Shown: positions 39,795 through 52,904, counted from the stretch's first letter. The stretch is DNA of 64,000 nt from Octopus vulgaris (GCA_951406725.2 OX597814.1:180606001-180670000), one strand, 5' to 3'. Numbers and translations: made by a program. The notes: a model not told the origin generated them from the letters alone.

Positions 39795-40547
39795 TGTAAA
39801 AAAAATATAAAACTTATATGGAAAAAATTGTAAACAATCCTTAGAAATGTATATGGGTCTATTTGTAAACAATACTTTCAGTGACAATTCTAAACAATAC
39901 TTGAAAATAATTTGCGAAGAGACAATTCTGGAAACTTGGCGCTCATTCGCTTGTAAACAACCCGATCTGAAGATATGTAATTTGCCGCAGGATCTAGTGA
40001 ATAAACTATTACTGCTATCATTGGCGGTGCTGATGTTGTTGTTGTTGTTGTTCTTGTTTTCTTTTATAAAAATGGTGATACAGATCATTAAGTCGAAACG
40101 TTAGTTGCAATAAATATTCCAATATATCTTCGGGGACATTTGCTGAAAGCCAAAAAGTATTAATTTAATATTGTAACGATACGTTGTTTTCCCAGCTAAA
40201 ACCTTCGTAATATTGATAAGACTTTTTTTAAAATAAATTAACCAAACTATCCGTTTCCTTTTCTTTTCTTCCCCCACTCCCACCTTTTCTTACGACAGTT
40301 ACTTCTTCTAGCATTACAGAAATTATATAGGGCTGTTACTTTTCTTCTTCTAATACAGAAGAGAAGAATCACGTGATGGAGTACACAAATTGATTATTAC
40401 TCATATAGATGGTGTAATGAGCACATACACACACACACACACACATGCATACATACATATATATTTTTCTGCAATATAACGATAACATATCCTATGCATG
40501 TTGTTCAACATTATTCTGCGCTTGAGAATACATAATTTCCATATCTG

Positions 40548-40586
<39 letters not shown>

Positions 40587-40702
40587 TAGCTGATTTAGAG
40601 GTTAAAATAACCGTCGAAAGGATAGAAGTATCCATTATATTACCGGCATATTACCTATGATGTAAGTCAATTGTTGTTCATCAGTATTTCTCCATCTACT
40701 GT

Positions 40703-40757
<55 letters not shown>

Positions 40758-40759
40758 TT

Positions 40760-40943
40760 ATTTGAGAACATATTCTTTGTGGAAAATAGCGATTTGACGT
40801 CTATATCTAGCATATTGATCGTCCACTTTTTGAGTGGTCAGTCCTTTAAATTTTATATGTAAAAATATTTTAATCTTCAGACTTTTTAATATGCTGGGCC
40901 ACTGGTTTTAATTGATTAATATCAATTTCTACCCTTATTAAAT
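40760..40943 (+). mobile_element. TA-flanked terminal fragment related to the 50864 cassette
   Basis: Reverse complement TAATAAGGGTAGAAATTGATATTAATCAATTAAAACCAGTGGCCCAGCATATTAAAAAGTCTGA matches the start of 50864. Confidence 0.6.
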
Positions 40944-41009
<66 letters not shown>

Positions 41010-41110
41010 ATCCAAACATGAAAACACAAAGAGAAAACACAACAACGCGAGGACGTGGAACAAATCTAGTATTATTGGACGCTCAGGAAGAAAGGAAAGA
41101 AAGAAGGAGG

Positions 41111-41145
41111 GTTTAACGTTTCGAGCGGAGCTCTTCGTCAGAAAC
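41111..41145 (-). ncRNA. Minimal type I hammerhead ribozyme in TA-flanked cassette (~41005-41205)
   Basis: GTTT-CTGACGA-a-GAGC tcc GCTC-GAAA-CG-TT-AAAC; intact core, palindromic ACGT stem III. Confidence 0.8.
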
Positions 41146-41702
41146 ATAGGGAAAGGAAAGATCCAAAGAAGGGAAGACGGAGGAAAAAAATCGCCAACGG
41201 TACACATATATATACACGCATATATATGTGTGTGTGTATGTCTGTCTGTGTATGTGTAAGTATATATAAATATAAATATATATATATATTTATATTTATA
41301 TATACGCGGACATGCATTCATGCACATTCATAATACATACATACATACACACGAAACCATGCGCACCTACTCTACCAGTGGGATCGCGAATGCCAACTAT
41401 ACTGCTAAATGACGAGAAAACAAGTAAATATCCATGTACTTATTGGCTGATCCCTTCCTCTATGTACGAAAGCTGTCACAGTAGTATGTATTACACCTTG
41501 TAAGTGACTGGCGATGGCATATTCGGACAAAGTACCATCTTGTTTCTGATTGCCAAAAGTTAGATTCCCTTCCACGATAGCTGTGCCTCACTAAAGGATT
41601 AAATATATATAAAAACACGTCCATACACATATGCATACACACACACTCATACACACACTCACATACACACACACGTGTGCATGTATGTATATATGTGTGT
41701 GT

Positions 41703-41730
<28 letters not shown>

Positions 41731-41733
<3 letters not shown>

Positions 41734-42030
41734 GAGGGGAAGTCAAAAATTATCCACACTTTCGCCATAACATATCTCTATTATTGTGACACAGTTTTCT
41801 GCGCATGCGTGCTTATAGTTGGTACTATCGTGGTTACGTGATCGAAGTTTGAACCTGATCGCGCCATTTTTCTTTCTGGCTTGACAGTGTATGAATGTGA
41901 ATTTATAATCTGGATATAAAAGTTGGAGGTACTGACAGGGTAGATAATCTCATGAGCGAAGTAAAGCTCGAACGCTGGACTGCACAGTTTCATCTTAAAG
42001 GGAGTTGTCAACCGTGTACCTCCATTGCTC
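41731..42030. mobile_element. mariner-like terminal fragment
   Basis: TA|CGAGGGGAAGTCAAAAATT resembles an irritans-type TIR; no partner end seen. Confidence 0.4.
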
Positions 42031-42033
42031 CTA

Positions 42034-42067
<34 letters not shown>

Positions 42068-42077
42068 CATACATACA

Positions 42078-42113
<36 letters not shown>

Positions 42114-43733
42114 TAAAACAAAATAATAAATAAAACATGCATATATACATACATATATGTACGTACCTACATCTATATGTATATATACATGCATATATGG
42201 GTACAGGACACCAAAAAAAAAAAACGTCGAACACAATGAGAAACGAAAACATAAAAACAGAACCATGGAAACGGACATTTTTTTTTTAAACAACGAAAAA
42301 ACAGGGTACAAGATATGCAACACAAGGAAAATTCCCCTTCTTCTGCCGCCTCCGTTTCGTCTACTCCGCGTCAATCATACTGCGCTGAATAGGAGAGGCA
42401 TTATTTAAGGGGTCTAATGAACCACAACACTACTCAACTATACTATACTTTCCACTGAGACTGAAGCTGTGGAAATGGCGGTTTGTTATTGTCGTAAATA
42501 GGTGATATCTTCCCCACTCCCCACTTCAGCAATAAGAGTTCTGCCATCTGTAACTCCAAGAAGTTTCAGTCAACATTGAACAATAAAAAATACGATATAC
42601 GTAAATAGGCAGGGAGAGAAACTACAGAAATGGTGATATTTTCTACGTTGCAGATGTGCAGGTGCTAGAAGCCTGTGTCACGCTGTCTTACTAGTTAAAC
42701 ACAGATGCTTGGCTAATGCAAGGTTATTTTTTTTTATTAAGATGAGAAAGAGCAGCATGCACATCAGACACTCCCATTCTCACAAAACATGCTCAGTGGC
42801 AAAATGAAATCAAAGCAACTGAGCTTGTACAGGGAATGTCGGAGATTCGTTAAAGGGACCCCCCCAGACCTCGCAATACCGTCTGAATTGGTATTTGTCC
42901 AGGCTGTAAAAGATTATTCAAAATGTCTGCCCTTCGTCATAGCTTCCGACTTAAGATGATGGTGTGTTGACATCTGCACCAGTCGTTTCCATTGGACAGC
43001 TGCCACCATATTCGAAGCGATAAAGATGAAGGTTTATTTTCATTTTTCGACAGACATATTAACATATTTAATTATAAACACATACACACACACCTAAAAA
43101 CGTATGAGTATATGTATATGTGTTTACATACACATATACATATACTCATATATTTACACACACATGCACACACATACACACACAAACACACAAATAAACA
43201 CGCATAAGTGCAGATACAAATACTCACACAGACTTACACAAATACTCACACAGACTTACACAAATACACATTCTAAAACACTCACATACACGCAATCACA
43301 CATATACACACACATACACACCGGCAGATACGAATACGTAAACACATTCACTCACGCAAACGGCTACAATAAGACTTACACACATAAACACAAGCACACA
43401 GTTACAAATAACGATAGGTGAGTGCACACGCACACACACACACATACACATAAAAATGCAGTCACACACATTCACACGCGCACACACATGTCAAATGCTC
43501 ACACAGACGCATGACAAGTGCCGTATCACAAAGAGACCGAAGATACGTCACCAAGCTCTGCTGTAAGAGCTTTAAATTATGTGATAATTATTAGGCTTCT
43601 ATGACATCTTGTGAACAGGACATGTTTGGTAATCGGTCTTGTTGCTGCTCATTACTGTTTGCATGTAGTGGTGGGTTGGGGTGGGGTGTTGATTTGCGCG
43701 CACGTGATTGTGTGTGTGCAGGTGTACATGTGT

Positions 43734-43775
<42 letters not shown>

Positions 43776-43854
43776 ATTGATCATAAGATGGTTTGAAAGA
43801 GCCAGTAACTGGCAAACAGAAGATGAAAACTAGCGTGATGTAAGAGAAAGATAG

Positions 43855-44140
43855 TGGAGGCACATGGTGCCTAGTGGTTAGAGCATTGGACTCGCGGTCG
43901 AGGGGTCGCGGGTTCGAATCTCAGACCGGGCGATATGTGTGTTTATGAGCGAAATACCTAAGCTCCACGCGGCTCCGGCAGAAGGTAATGGCGAACTTCT
44001 GCTGACTCTTTCGCCCCAACTTTCTCTCACTCTTTCCTCCTGCATCTTCCAGCTCACCTGTGACGGACCGGTGTCCCGTCCATGTAGGGAACCTATACGC
44101 CAATGAAACCGGCCCTAATGAGCCAGGCATGAGAAGGAAC
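43855..44140 (+). mobile_element. tRNA-derived SINE (head/body like 27018-27512, different tail)
   Basis: A-box GCCTAGTGG, B-box GGTTCGAATC, CAACTTTCTCTCACTCTTTC shared; tail like the 50575 copy. Confidence 0.82.
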
Positions 44141-44416
44141 AAACAAAAAAAAGAGAAAGGAAGAAAGAAAGAAACGGACGGACGGACGGACGGGTGGGTG
44201 GATGGATGGAGAGAAAGAGAGAGAGATTATTCATCGGCCGCAACAATGAAAAGTTAGTTGATGAACCGACAGAATACCTACTCATGTATTTACCTTGCAA
44301 GTGGATAAATATTTCATCAACACGGGTATCCTTAATGAAATTCCCTGGCCAAATCAGCATTTAGCAAACTTATGAGACTAAACTTTCGATTTATAGGTAC
44401 AATACGGATATATATA

Positions 44417-45611
44417 TTCGGTTGTTTCACATGAAATTGTCGTATTTGAAAGGTAACAATAAAATGTTTCAGAAGTGTTAGAGAACTGATTTATTTAATC
44501 AAAGTATGATCCATGTTCTTTTATGACGTTTACCCAACGTTTCTCTATGTCATACATTCAATTTTTTAAAAATCTACTTTCGCTGTGATAAACTGTCTGA
44601 ATGTTTCAATTACATCTCTATTTAACAATGTTTTATTGCTTATGAAAAGCTCAAAATGCTTAAATAAGTGATGATCAGAAGGAGAGATATCAGGGAATAG
44701 GGAGAATGTTGCAAAATCTCATAATTCAGGCTTTGCAACTTTTGGACCGTAGCTTGAGATGTGCGTGGACGTGCATTTTCAAAGAGCAAAATTGCGCCAT
44801 CTCTATTCTCTAGTCTGAGTTGCTTCTTTTTCAAATTCTCATGCATACAATCAATTTCCTGGCAATACAATGTTGCTGTTATCGTTTTTCCTTGTTGCAA
44901 AAATGAATAATGAATAACTCACTTCGTAGACCACCATACAGTGACCACTAACTTTTTAGGGTGCAATGGTGGGTTTGGGCAGTATTTAGGTGACTCTCCA
45001 GCACTGTCCTATTCTCCTACTATTGTTAAAGTAATGATTTGATGCAAAAATGGTCTTTTTCCAGTCGAGAAAGCAATAAGGAGCACACTTCGAGGCGTCT
45101 GTATTTTTTAAATCTCATTCGGTTGATGTGGAACAAACTTATCCGTTTCCTTGACTTTCTCAATTTTTTACAGTTGCCTAAAAACAGTTGTGCGAGATGT
45201 TTGGAGTTCTGATGAAAGTTTTCGAATCTTTGTTCTCGGATTTTTTTCAACCAAAGCATTTAATCCATCGTGCCGAATAACTGATTTTGACCTACCCCTT
45301 GGTTTATTTTCAAGGCTATCATCTCCTGAATGAGAGCTTTAGAACCATCTCTGAACAGTTCAGATGTTAGCAAAGCCATTACCAAAGGCCTGCATGATAT
45401 TCCGTAGAGCTTCTGCGGCAGAGTGACCCAGTTTGTACTCATACGAGAAAATAACTCAACATAGCTTGGTTGTCATATGGCCTGTGGGTACGAATTTTGT
45501 ATATCAACATTGTTGGGAAAGAAAAGGATTAAATGGAAGGTATACATAATTGAGTTTTTAAATTATTAAAATAAGCAATTAAAATGCGACATTTCATGTG
45601 AAACAGCCTAA
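44417..45611 (-). mobile_element. Complete but decayed mariner (DD34D) transposon
   Basis: ~30-bp TIRs TT(C/A)GG(T/C)TGTTTCACATGAAAT, TA flanks, GKTITATLYCQE, LLFENARPRT, HSPYS motifs. Confidence 0.92.
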
Positions 45612-45630
45612 TATATATATATATATATAT

Positions 45631-45967
45631 GGCTCAGTGGTTAGAGCGTCGAGCTTACGATCGTGAGGTTGTGAGCTCGAATCCCGGACCAGGCTGCGTG
45701 TTGTGTTCTTGAGCAAGACACTTTATTTCACGTTGCTCCAGTTCACTCAGCTGTAGAAATGAGTTGCGACGTCACAGGTGCCAAGCTGTATCGACCTTTG
45801 TCTTTCCCTTGGATAACACTGGTGGCGTGGAGAGGGGAGGCCGGTATGCATGGGCGACTGCTGGTCTTCCATAAAACAGCCTTGCCCAGACTTGTGCCTC
45901 AGAGAGTAACTCTCTAGGTGCAAACCCATGGTCACTCATGACCGAAGGGGGTCTTTACCCTTTACCT
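45631..45967 (+). mobile_element. SINE family C
   Basis: GGCTCAGTGG A-box, CTTGAGCAAGACACTTTATTTCAC core, inserted in (TA)n. Confidence 0.9.
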
Positions 45968-46081
45968 TTATATATATATATATATATATATAGTTGAAAT
46001 TTGTAGAAAACAAAAGACGAAGACAGGTGTATGAACAACATGCAGGTGTACTAGATTGACGGCCGGGAAAGTGAAAAAGTA

Positions 46082-46115
46082 TTTTACGTTTCGAGCCTAC
46101 GCTCTTCAACAGAAA
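46082..46115 (-). ncRNA. Minimal hammerhead with variant core CUGUUGA in cassette 45992-46168
   Basis: TTT-CTGTTGA-a-GAGC gtag GCTC-GAAA-CG-TA-AAA. Confidence 0.6.
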
Positions 46116-46390
46116 GGATTAAGAGAAAATAAACAGAGAATGAAAAGAAACTTGTAGATTTAGCGGTCAGTTGTAAAATCTCAAGAAGAGATCAGAATAG
46201 TAATTATACTAACAAGTAAAGTTAATCGCCACATCAAAGTGGCTGCTCCATGTTACTACTAGTTTAACCCCAGGCAGATCTTCTACCAGCTGGTTATCGG
46301 TACAGTATATCCATATATATAACTGTATATCCATATATATAACTAGCAGGGGGAGCGAACCCCTACCATCCTCTAGCAGACAACAGGATC

Positions 46391-46435
46391 GCGAGACTGA
46401 CTTAGTTTCGTGCTGGTTGGCTCGTCCTCAGTCGC
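46391..46435 (-). ncRNA. Type I hammerhead ribozyme
   Basis: GCGA-CTGAGGA-c-GAGC caacca GCAC-GAAA-CT aagtc AG-TC-TCGC; one stem II mismatch. Confidence 0.7.
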
Positions 46436-46630
46436 CAGGGCCCGCTCCAGCGGTAACATAGAACAGCTACTTTGATATGGCGATTAACTTTACTTGTTAG
46501 TATAGTTACTCTTTTTGAAATTCTACAACTAACTATTTTGCTTGTTGCAAACCAGTGACCGTTGCTCGATTTGTTTACAATATTTTGCTGACTGGAGCGG
46601 ATCCTGGCTATCACTCTGGCGACCAGGTAC

Positions 46631-46679
46631 TCGCGACTGAAGATGAGCCAACCAGCTCGAAACTAAGTCAGTTCCGCGA
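46631..46679 (+). ncRNA. Type I hammerhead ribozyme
   Basis: TCGCGA-CTGAAGA-t-GAGC caacca GCTC-GAAA-CT aagtc AG-TT-CCGCGA; first stem I pair mismatched. Confidence 0.7.
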
Positions 46680-46843
46680 TCCTGTTGTCTGCTAGAGGAT
46701 GGTAGGGGTTCGCTCTCCATGCTAGCAATGTATATGTATATGAAGGGTGCAGCGTTGCTCCAATAACCATCTGGCGAAAGATCTGCCTGGAGTTAAACGA
46801 GTAGTAACATGGAATAGCCACTTTGATGTGGCGATTAACTTTA

Positions 46844-46888
<45 letters not shown>

Positions 46889-48484
46889 ACATACATACAT
46901 ACATATATACGCGTGTGTATGTGGATGTGTATGAAAGAAACAGTATATCAGAAAGATAAAGCATGGCTTTATGTTGTGTCTCTGGTGGTTAGATATTATA
47001 GGAGAGACAATCTCTTTTAGGTGAAAGTGGGGCAGATTTGCAAATTTGGTATTCATATCAAAAAGTAAAGAAAGTGTATAGCGTATGCGCATTTAACTTT
47101 GTTTTCTCCAAATTTTAAGTCATTTGTGATTGGTTGCTATGAATAGCCCTATTTTGTCCTTCTTTAGAATCGTCAGTTCGGCATAACTTAAGACATAATT
47201 ATGATAAATTCAACAGTTTACAAAGATATATATTTGTTATTGTTGGAAAATAGTTTATAATTTTAAAGGTATTCTATTTGGTGGCGTTCATCCTAGATCA
47301 TTCATAATTTCAGTAATAAAGAAAGGAGCGGGGGCACTTTCTTACCCGCAAGTTAATATTTTCAGGGTAAGTTTGTCTTGCAAAATCGTAGTTACAGTTA
47401 ATATTTTCTCTACGAACAAATTTCACAAGTCCGTTTTGTTATTTTCTTTCTGGATACAGATAAACGCTTCAGGCTGCTACTTTATATTGATCTGTCCGTC
47501 GACATGAGTTAGAATAAACATTCTTCGTGTTAATCGCGCTGCGACAGTGGATGTTTTAAGAAAACGCAGGTAGAATTGTTCGAACATTGTGTTGTGTCCC
47601 TGGACGACTATTGTGCAGAATAAAAAGGAAAAGATATTTATACGTTAATTCAGATGAAGGATGTAGACTTGCAAATAAGCTTCTGGTTTTGCTTTTGGTT
47701 TCCACTTGCAATTCTGTAAACTTTAAGTCAGTTCTTATCGGGAAGATCTAAGATTAAAAACGTTTAATTTGGGCCATCTCCCCTCATGTCCTGACATATT
47801 ATAACTATGATTACATTATCTAATGTGCCCTTTATTTTTAAAAGATTTAAGGGCGGAATTTTGTTATTTTTTCCTAGCAAATCTTGTAACCGCAACAGAA
47901 AGTAAGTTCTTTTGGGTCTGGATCTCCACCTACTTTAGCTATTTCACCTCGCTTGACTCACACATGTAAACATCCCGCGCAATGGTTTCAATTCATTTTG
48001 GAATATCCTGGAAAGGATATAAGTCTAACACGGTTGCAATTCCAAGTTTGGGAGTGAGGAGAAAAAGCTGTTATAGCTACAGTAGAAAAGACAAATAAGA
48101 GGAAGCATAGCATTTGCGTTAGTGATTATTATGGCTTGTGAGTGAAGTTTTGTTAATTAGCTGAATAGTCATGTTTTTGATGCAGTTATAGCAACAGCGA
48201 TTTCCAAAATATATGAGCAGTACGCTAATGCAGGGTTGCACTTATATAAGGAAATAATTTTATTGTGAAACGCGCGATAATGCTAATAATACAGAATGAA
48301 CTATTCATATTTTGCAGAAAAATCTGTCGGCAGCCAGCCATGAGATTCGAAATTCTTCAGCAAATTTAGGATATATAAATCTGCGTTTGAGAATAAAATT
48401 ATTTCTTTAACTGATTCTTTTAATACATCTCAATTTAATACAACTTTGTTTGTTGACTTACAACGTAAGTTGAATTTTATATAT

Positions 48485-49079
48485 AAGGATGAAATGAGTT
48501 CGCATGAATGGAGAGAAGAGCAGATGTCAACTCGGGATTTGCGGTTGCTTTCGGACAATTCATGAGGCACCCATTTTCTAAGTTTAGAAACCTTTCCAAG
48601 TTGTTGAAGATGACAATAAACAGTTGTATCGTTTGAACTAAGCTTTATTGCCAATTCTTCAAGTAATGCCTCAAGGAGCTTATCATCAAACTCAGCTGGA
48701 CGTCCTGTTCGATCTTCCCCTTCAAGGCTGAAATCTCCACTTCTGAATTTTGCAAACCATTTTCTGCAAGTTCTTTCATTCAAGCATTCTTTCCCATAAA
48801 CTGAGTGTATGTTTCGAGTCGCTTTGGCTACAGAGTTTCCTTTTTTGTACTCATAATGCATTTATGTGCCTTAAATGCTCTTTGCCTACTTCCATGTTAG
48901 AAAGGGTTTTAATCAAAGAAAATTTAATTCTATTATTTTGTAAAATAATGTTTAATTAGTTTAAATGTACACAAATGCATAAAAATAATTTAAATCCCAT
49001 TAGACATTCTAAAGTACTATTAAATTTCATTCAATTTTAAAAAAAGGTAAAATCGGACAGAACTTATGGGATGACCTGA
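48485..49079 (-). mobile_element. 5' half of mariner transposon
   Basis: ORF 48430-48861: WFAKFRSGDFSLEGEDRTGRP, WVPHEL; TIR TA|TCAGGTCATCCCATAAGTTCTG. Confidence 0.9.
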
Positions 49080-49369
49080 TATTTACAATACATGGCTATA
49101 TTACCGAATGAAACAAACATACAAGCAGCATTCTTTTCTTTTTTTTTGTTTGTGTTTGTTTCTCACCATCGCTTAACAATTGGTTTGTGTTTGTTGGCGT
49201 CCCTGTAACTTGGCACTTTGGCTAAGGGGTCGATTAATTCGCCTAAAGCCTCCAAGGTGGTATTTCAGCATGGCTGCAATCCAATGACCGAAATAAGTAA
49301 GGTATATGTTCTTTTCTCTTTTTGGAACAATGGATCTCGAGTCACATAAAGCTATAAATAACAGCATGT

Positions 49370-49830
49370 AAGCATTTGGCTGAAATTCTAATGTATCTTA
49401 AGTGCGATAGAAGTAGTATTAATACGAAAAGACAATCATTATCTCCAACTTAACATAGAATGCTGCATTACTTACCTCGAGAGAACCTCTCATATGGACT
49501 CGTGGTGCATAAAAATACACGTATTTATGTCGTTGACAGGCAAGAACCGTCTGCTACAGCCGGCAAAACTGCCAGACCCCGGTTATTGCCCCTGTTTAGG
49601 CTCCTCAGTGTCTGGTAGCGACATAACAGCCGAATCTCCCTGTCAATGATGTATAGAATTCTATTCAGTCACTGACGTCGCAAATAGCCAGTGAGCCTAT
49701 TAAAAAAATAATTAATAGTGACAGGAGAAGCCCTAACATCAAAAATATATATGGGAGGTTCTCTCAAGGTAAATAACTCAGTGTCCTGTTTTCTAATACA
49801 ACAGCCATGTTAAGATGGAAATAAAGATTG
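49370..49830. mobile_element. Inverted-repeat cassette with degenerate hammerhead
   Basis: 49430-49496 inverted to 49749-49830; minus strand CCAGAC-a-CTGAGGA-GCC..GGC-AATA-ACCGGG-GTCTGG at ~49569-49615. Confidence 0.55.
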
Positions 49831-50493
49831 CCTGAAGAATCGTGTTTTTATAGTTTGTAAAATATACTATGAAACGGTGATTAAGTAAATTAGCCATAAG
49901 TAACGACAGTGATATCACTCAATTTCATAGAGAACATAAAAAGAATTGGTGAAAACCCTTAATTTTATGATCAGAACTCCCTCATTATGCTTTGTCCTAC
50001 TTGTACAGTTTATTCTAGTGATATCTTACGTATGTCAGAATTATGTGCTGAGGTGTACCATTACAACGTACTATGCACAGCAACGAAATTCTCTCAGAAG
50101 GCAATTCGGTGGCTTGCTTTATTTACATCATATCTCCATAATTGTATTTGGTGGAACACATTTAGAGATCGTTAAAACTATTCGCGAATCTTGTTTTGTG
50201 TACCAATAACTTTCATGTATATCCGTAAATGTGATTGTTTACATCTTATGTAAAGTATATATACAATTTCGATGATGATATATATATGTAAGTTTTACAC
50301 ATTGGCCATGTAACAGATTGTTTATACGAAATAATTGGACAGTGGACTTCACTGTCATTACTTACGGCCAATTTACTTCCATTTTTTTTTTTTGAAACCC
50401 AAACTGCAGGCTCACCACTTACACTACGTGTGTAGAATCCCCGAGGGTCCACAAGAATCCAAGTTTATTTTGGTACATTACACAATTCAGATA

Positions 50494-50532
<39 letters not shown>

Positions 50533-50574
50533 CTGTGTGTGTGTATGTGTGTGTGTGTGTGTGTGTGTGTAGGT

Positions 50575-50828
50575 GGAGGTGCGTGGCTTAGTGGTTAGGG
50601 TGTACGCACCATGATCGTAAGATTGTGGTTTCGATTCCTGGACCGGGCGACGCGTTGTGTTCTTGAGCAAAACACTTCATTTCACGTTGCTCCACTCCAC
50701 TCAGCTGACAAAAATGAGTAACGCTGCGATGGACTGGCGTCCCGTCCAGCTGGGGAACACATACGCCATAGAAACCAGGAAACCGGGCCTATGAGCCTGG
50801 CTAGGCTTTAAAAGGTCACATTTATATT

Positions 50829-50830
<2 letters not shown>
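50575..50830 (+). mobile_element. CORE-like tRNA SINE with alternative tail
   Basis: Family C-like head/core, tail CTGCGATGGACTGGCGTCCCGTCCAG, (TTTA)n end. Confidence 0.85.
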
Positions 50831-50863
<33 letters not shown>

Positions 50864-50867
<4 letters not shown>

Positions 50868-51535
50868 GAGGGATATAAATTAATATTAATTTTAATATCA
50901 ATTTAAAACCAGTAGTCTAGCATACAAAAAATCTGAGAAGTCAGAGAAAATTCTAATATATGTGTATATTGGCAGGGCGAGACTGCTAGGTAGTCGGCCG
51001 TATGCTAGAAATAGATCATCAACGATCAAACTACAAAGGAAATTCTCTAGAGGAAAAATTCAGCGAACACCAGAACCAAATTTGGCGGGCAGGACAGATG
51101 AAAATTTATATAAAAAACAGAATTAAATGCATACCTCGGTTTCGGCCTTTAACAAAAGAATTACTTACATAATTCAAATTTCCGTGGCTTCATCAGTGCA
51201 TTCGTTCCGTGTAAATGCAAACTGAAAAACTAACCCCAGCTTTCTGTGCCAAGACAGACACGTGCTTAGTTTTACCGATTACATTAGGGATAAAATTTCA
51301 AATGTCTTGGTTCTGGCGCGCTAAGAAATTCCTGAAGCGAAGGGCTGCAGTAAATAATTCACTGCGGTTAGTGCTTACTACTAGAGAACGTATTTATTTC
51401 AATATTTAAATAATGAGGGAGATAAATTAATATTGATTTTAATATCAATTTAAAACCAGTAGTCTAGCATACAAAAAATCTGAGAAGTCAGAGAAAATTC
51501 TAATATATGTGTATATTGGCAGGGCGAGACTGCTA
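50864..51535 (-). mobile_element. Terminally redundant 547-bp non-coding unit carrying a hammerhead (non-LTR retrozyme-like)
   Basis: 125-bp direct repeats 50864-50988 and 51411-51535 (2 mismatches), (TA)n on both sides, HHR at 51126-51202. Confidence 0.8.
51126..51202 (-). ncRNA. Type I hammerhead ribozyme with extended stem II
   Basis: AATGCA-CTGATGA-aGCC..GAATTA tgtaag TAATTC..GGCc-GAAA-CCGAGG-TA-TGCATT. Confidence 0.85.
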
Positions 51536-51660
51536 ATATATATATATATATATATCAAATGTGAGGATAAAATTCTTTTCGAAAAAAAATATTTTCTCGA
51601 AAAAAATTTTATCAATGGCCAGCATATTAAAAAATACCTTTAACGGTTAAATTTATAAAC

Positions 51661-51895
51661 AATTCATAAATGAGGGCAAAGGAAAACATTTCTAATGCCA
51701 AATATGCCGAAAAATTGGACATATTGTCCATTAACCATATAATTTTTTCACAATACGCACGCTACTCGAAAAAAGGTCGACTTTTTTTCGAGTAGCGTGC
51801 GTATTGTGAAAAAGTATATGGTTAATGGACAATATGTCCAATTTTTCGGCATATTTGGCATTAGAAATTTTTTCCTTTGCCCTCATTTATGAATT
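51661..51895. repeat. ~235-bp near-perfect palindrome within TA-flanked cassette 51558-51895
   Basis: ~115-bp arms centred on GTCGAC at 51776-51781. Confidence 0.95.
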
Positions 51896-52549
51896 ATATA
51901 TATATATATATGGCATATTTTCAGTTTAGTGCCCCACTGAATTTTGCTTCCTCATAACTTACCTAAGGGTGCATATGCGCATATTTTTTAAATGAAATTT
52001 TGTAGATACCATTTTTCCACGGTGTATATTATGATCATATTGATATGTGAAATTTTAAGCGTATATGAATGCATCTCATTATTTCATATCCATGAAACTA
52101 GAAGAATATTGTCTTGACATATTTCAGGGTTTGTGACAGCTCATTAGCAGACAAGTACTTTTCATACTTCTTCCCATAAAAGAGCAGATAACAAATCGCT
52201 ATTTAAATCAATTATAAACTACAACTTAATTGCAATGGCCAGGCTCATTTGCAAACCACACGTCCGTCTGCGGCGTAATAAATAATAAATATTTATGCAC
52301 AAAACAGCATGTATTAGAAAACTTGAGACAAAAAAAAAAGATACAGCTTAAGTGAATTTAAAGTAAGATAAATTTAGAGTAGCTACACCATGAGCAGTGG
52401 AACTTTGCAGAAATGGGAATAAATCTTCATATACACATGTCCAGATATATTTTACAGTCAGCTGAGAGTTATCAGAGTAAGAGTATCCCATTTGTCACCC
52501 ACTTCTGATCTTTTTATTTCTATGTTCTCTGTTATTTAATTCATCCAAC

Positions 52550-52684
<135 letters not shown>

Positions 52685-52904
52685 TATCGATACACATACA
52701 CACATACATTAATACATATAGGTATTTACATACATATACACTTACGAACAAACATATTTCAACGTACCATGTCATGATGCAATTTATGATCGATCTAATC
52801 GGTTATAATTTCTAATGATATATCGAGCTTGAAACTATCGTACTGGAAACGAAATAAACAAAATAGCAACAACTTACTTCTGGTTATTTTCTCACTACAT
52901 AATA

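Larger units (their letters stand above)
46170..46843. mobile_element. Complex inverted-repeat cassette with two opposed hammerheads (Penelope pLTR-like)
   Basis: 46216-46450 inverted to 46590-46843; 46170-46257 inverted to 46453-46529. Confidence 0.8.

Noticed and set aside
40580-40700. CTGATGA on the minus strand in a TA-flanked segment
   Set aside because: GAAA and stem II absent; at most a remnant
43860-43930. tRNA-like sequences with A/B boxes (also 45631, 50575, 27440-27512)
   Set aside because: No complete cloverleaf or terminator; they continue into SINE bodies
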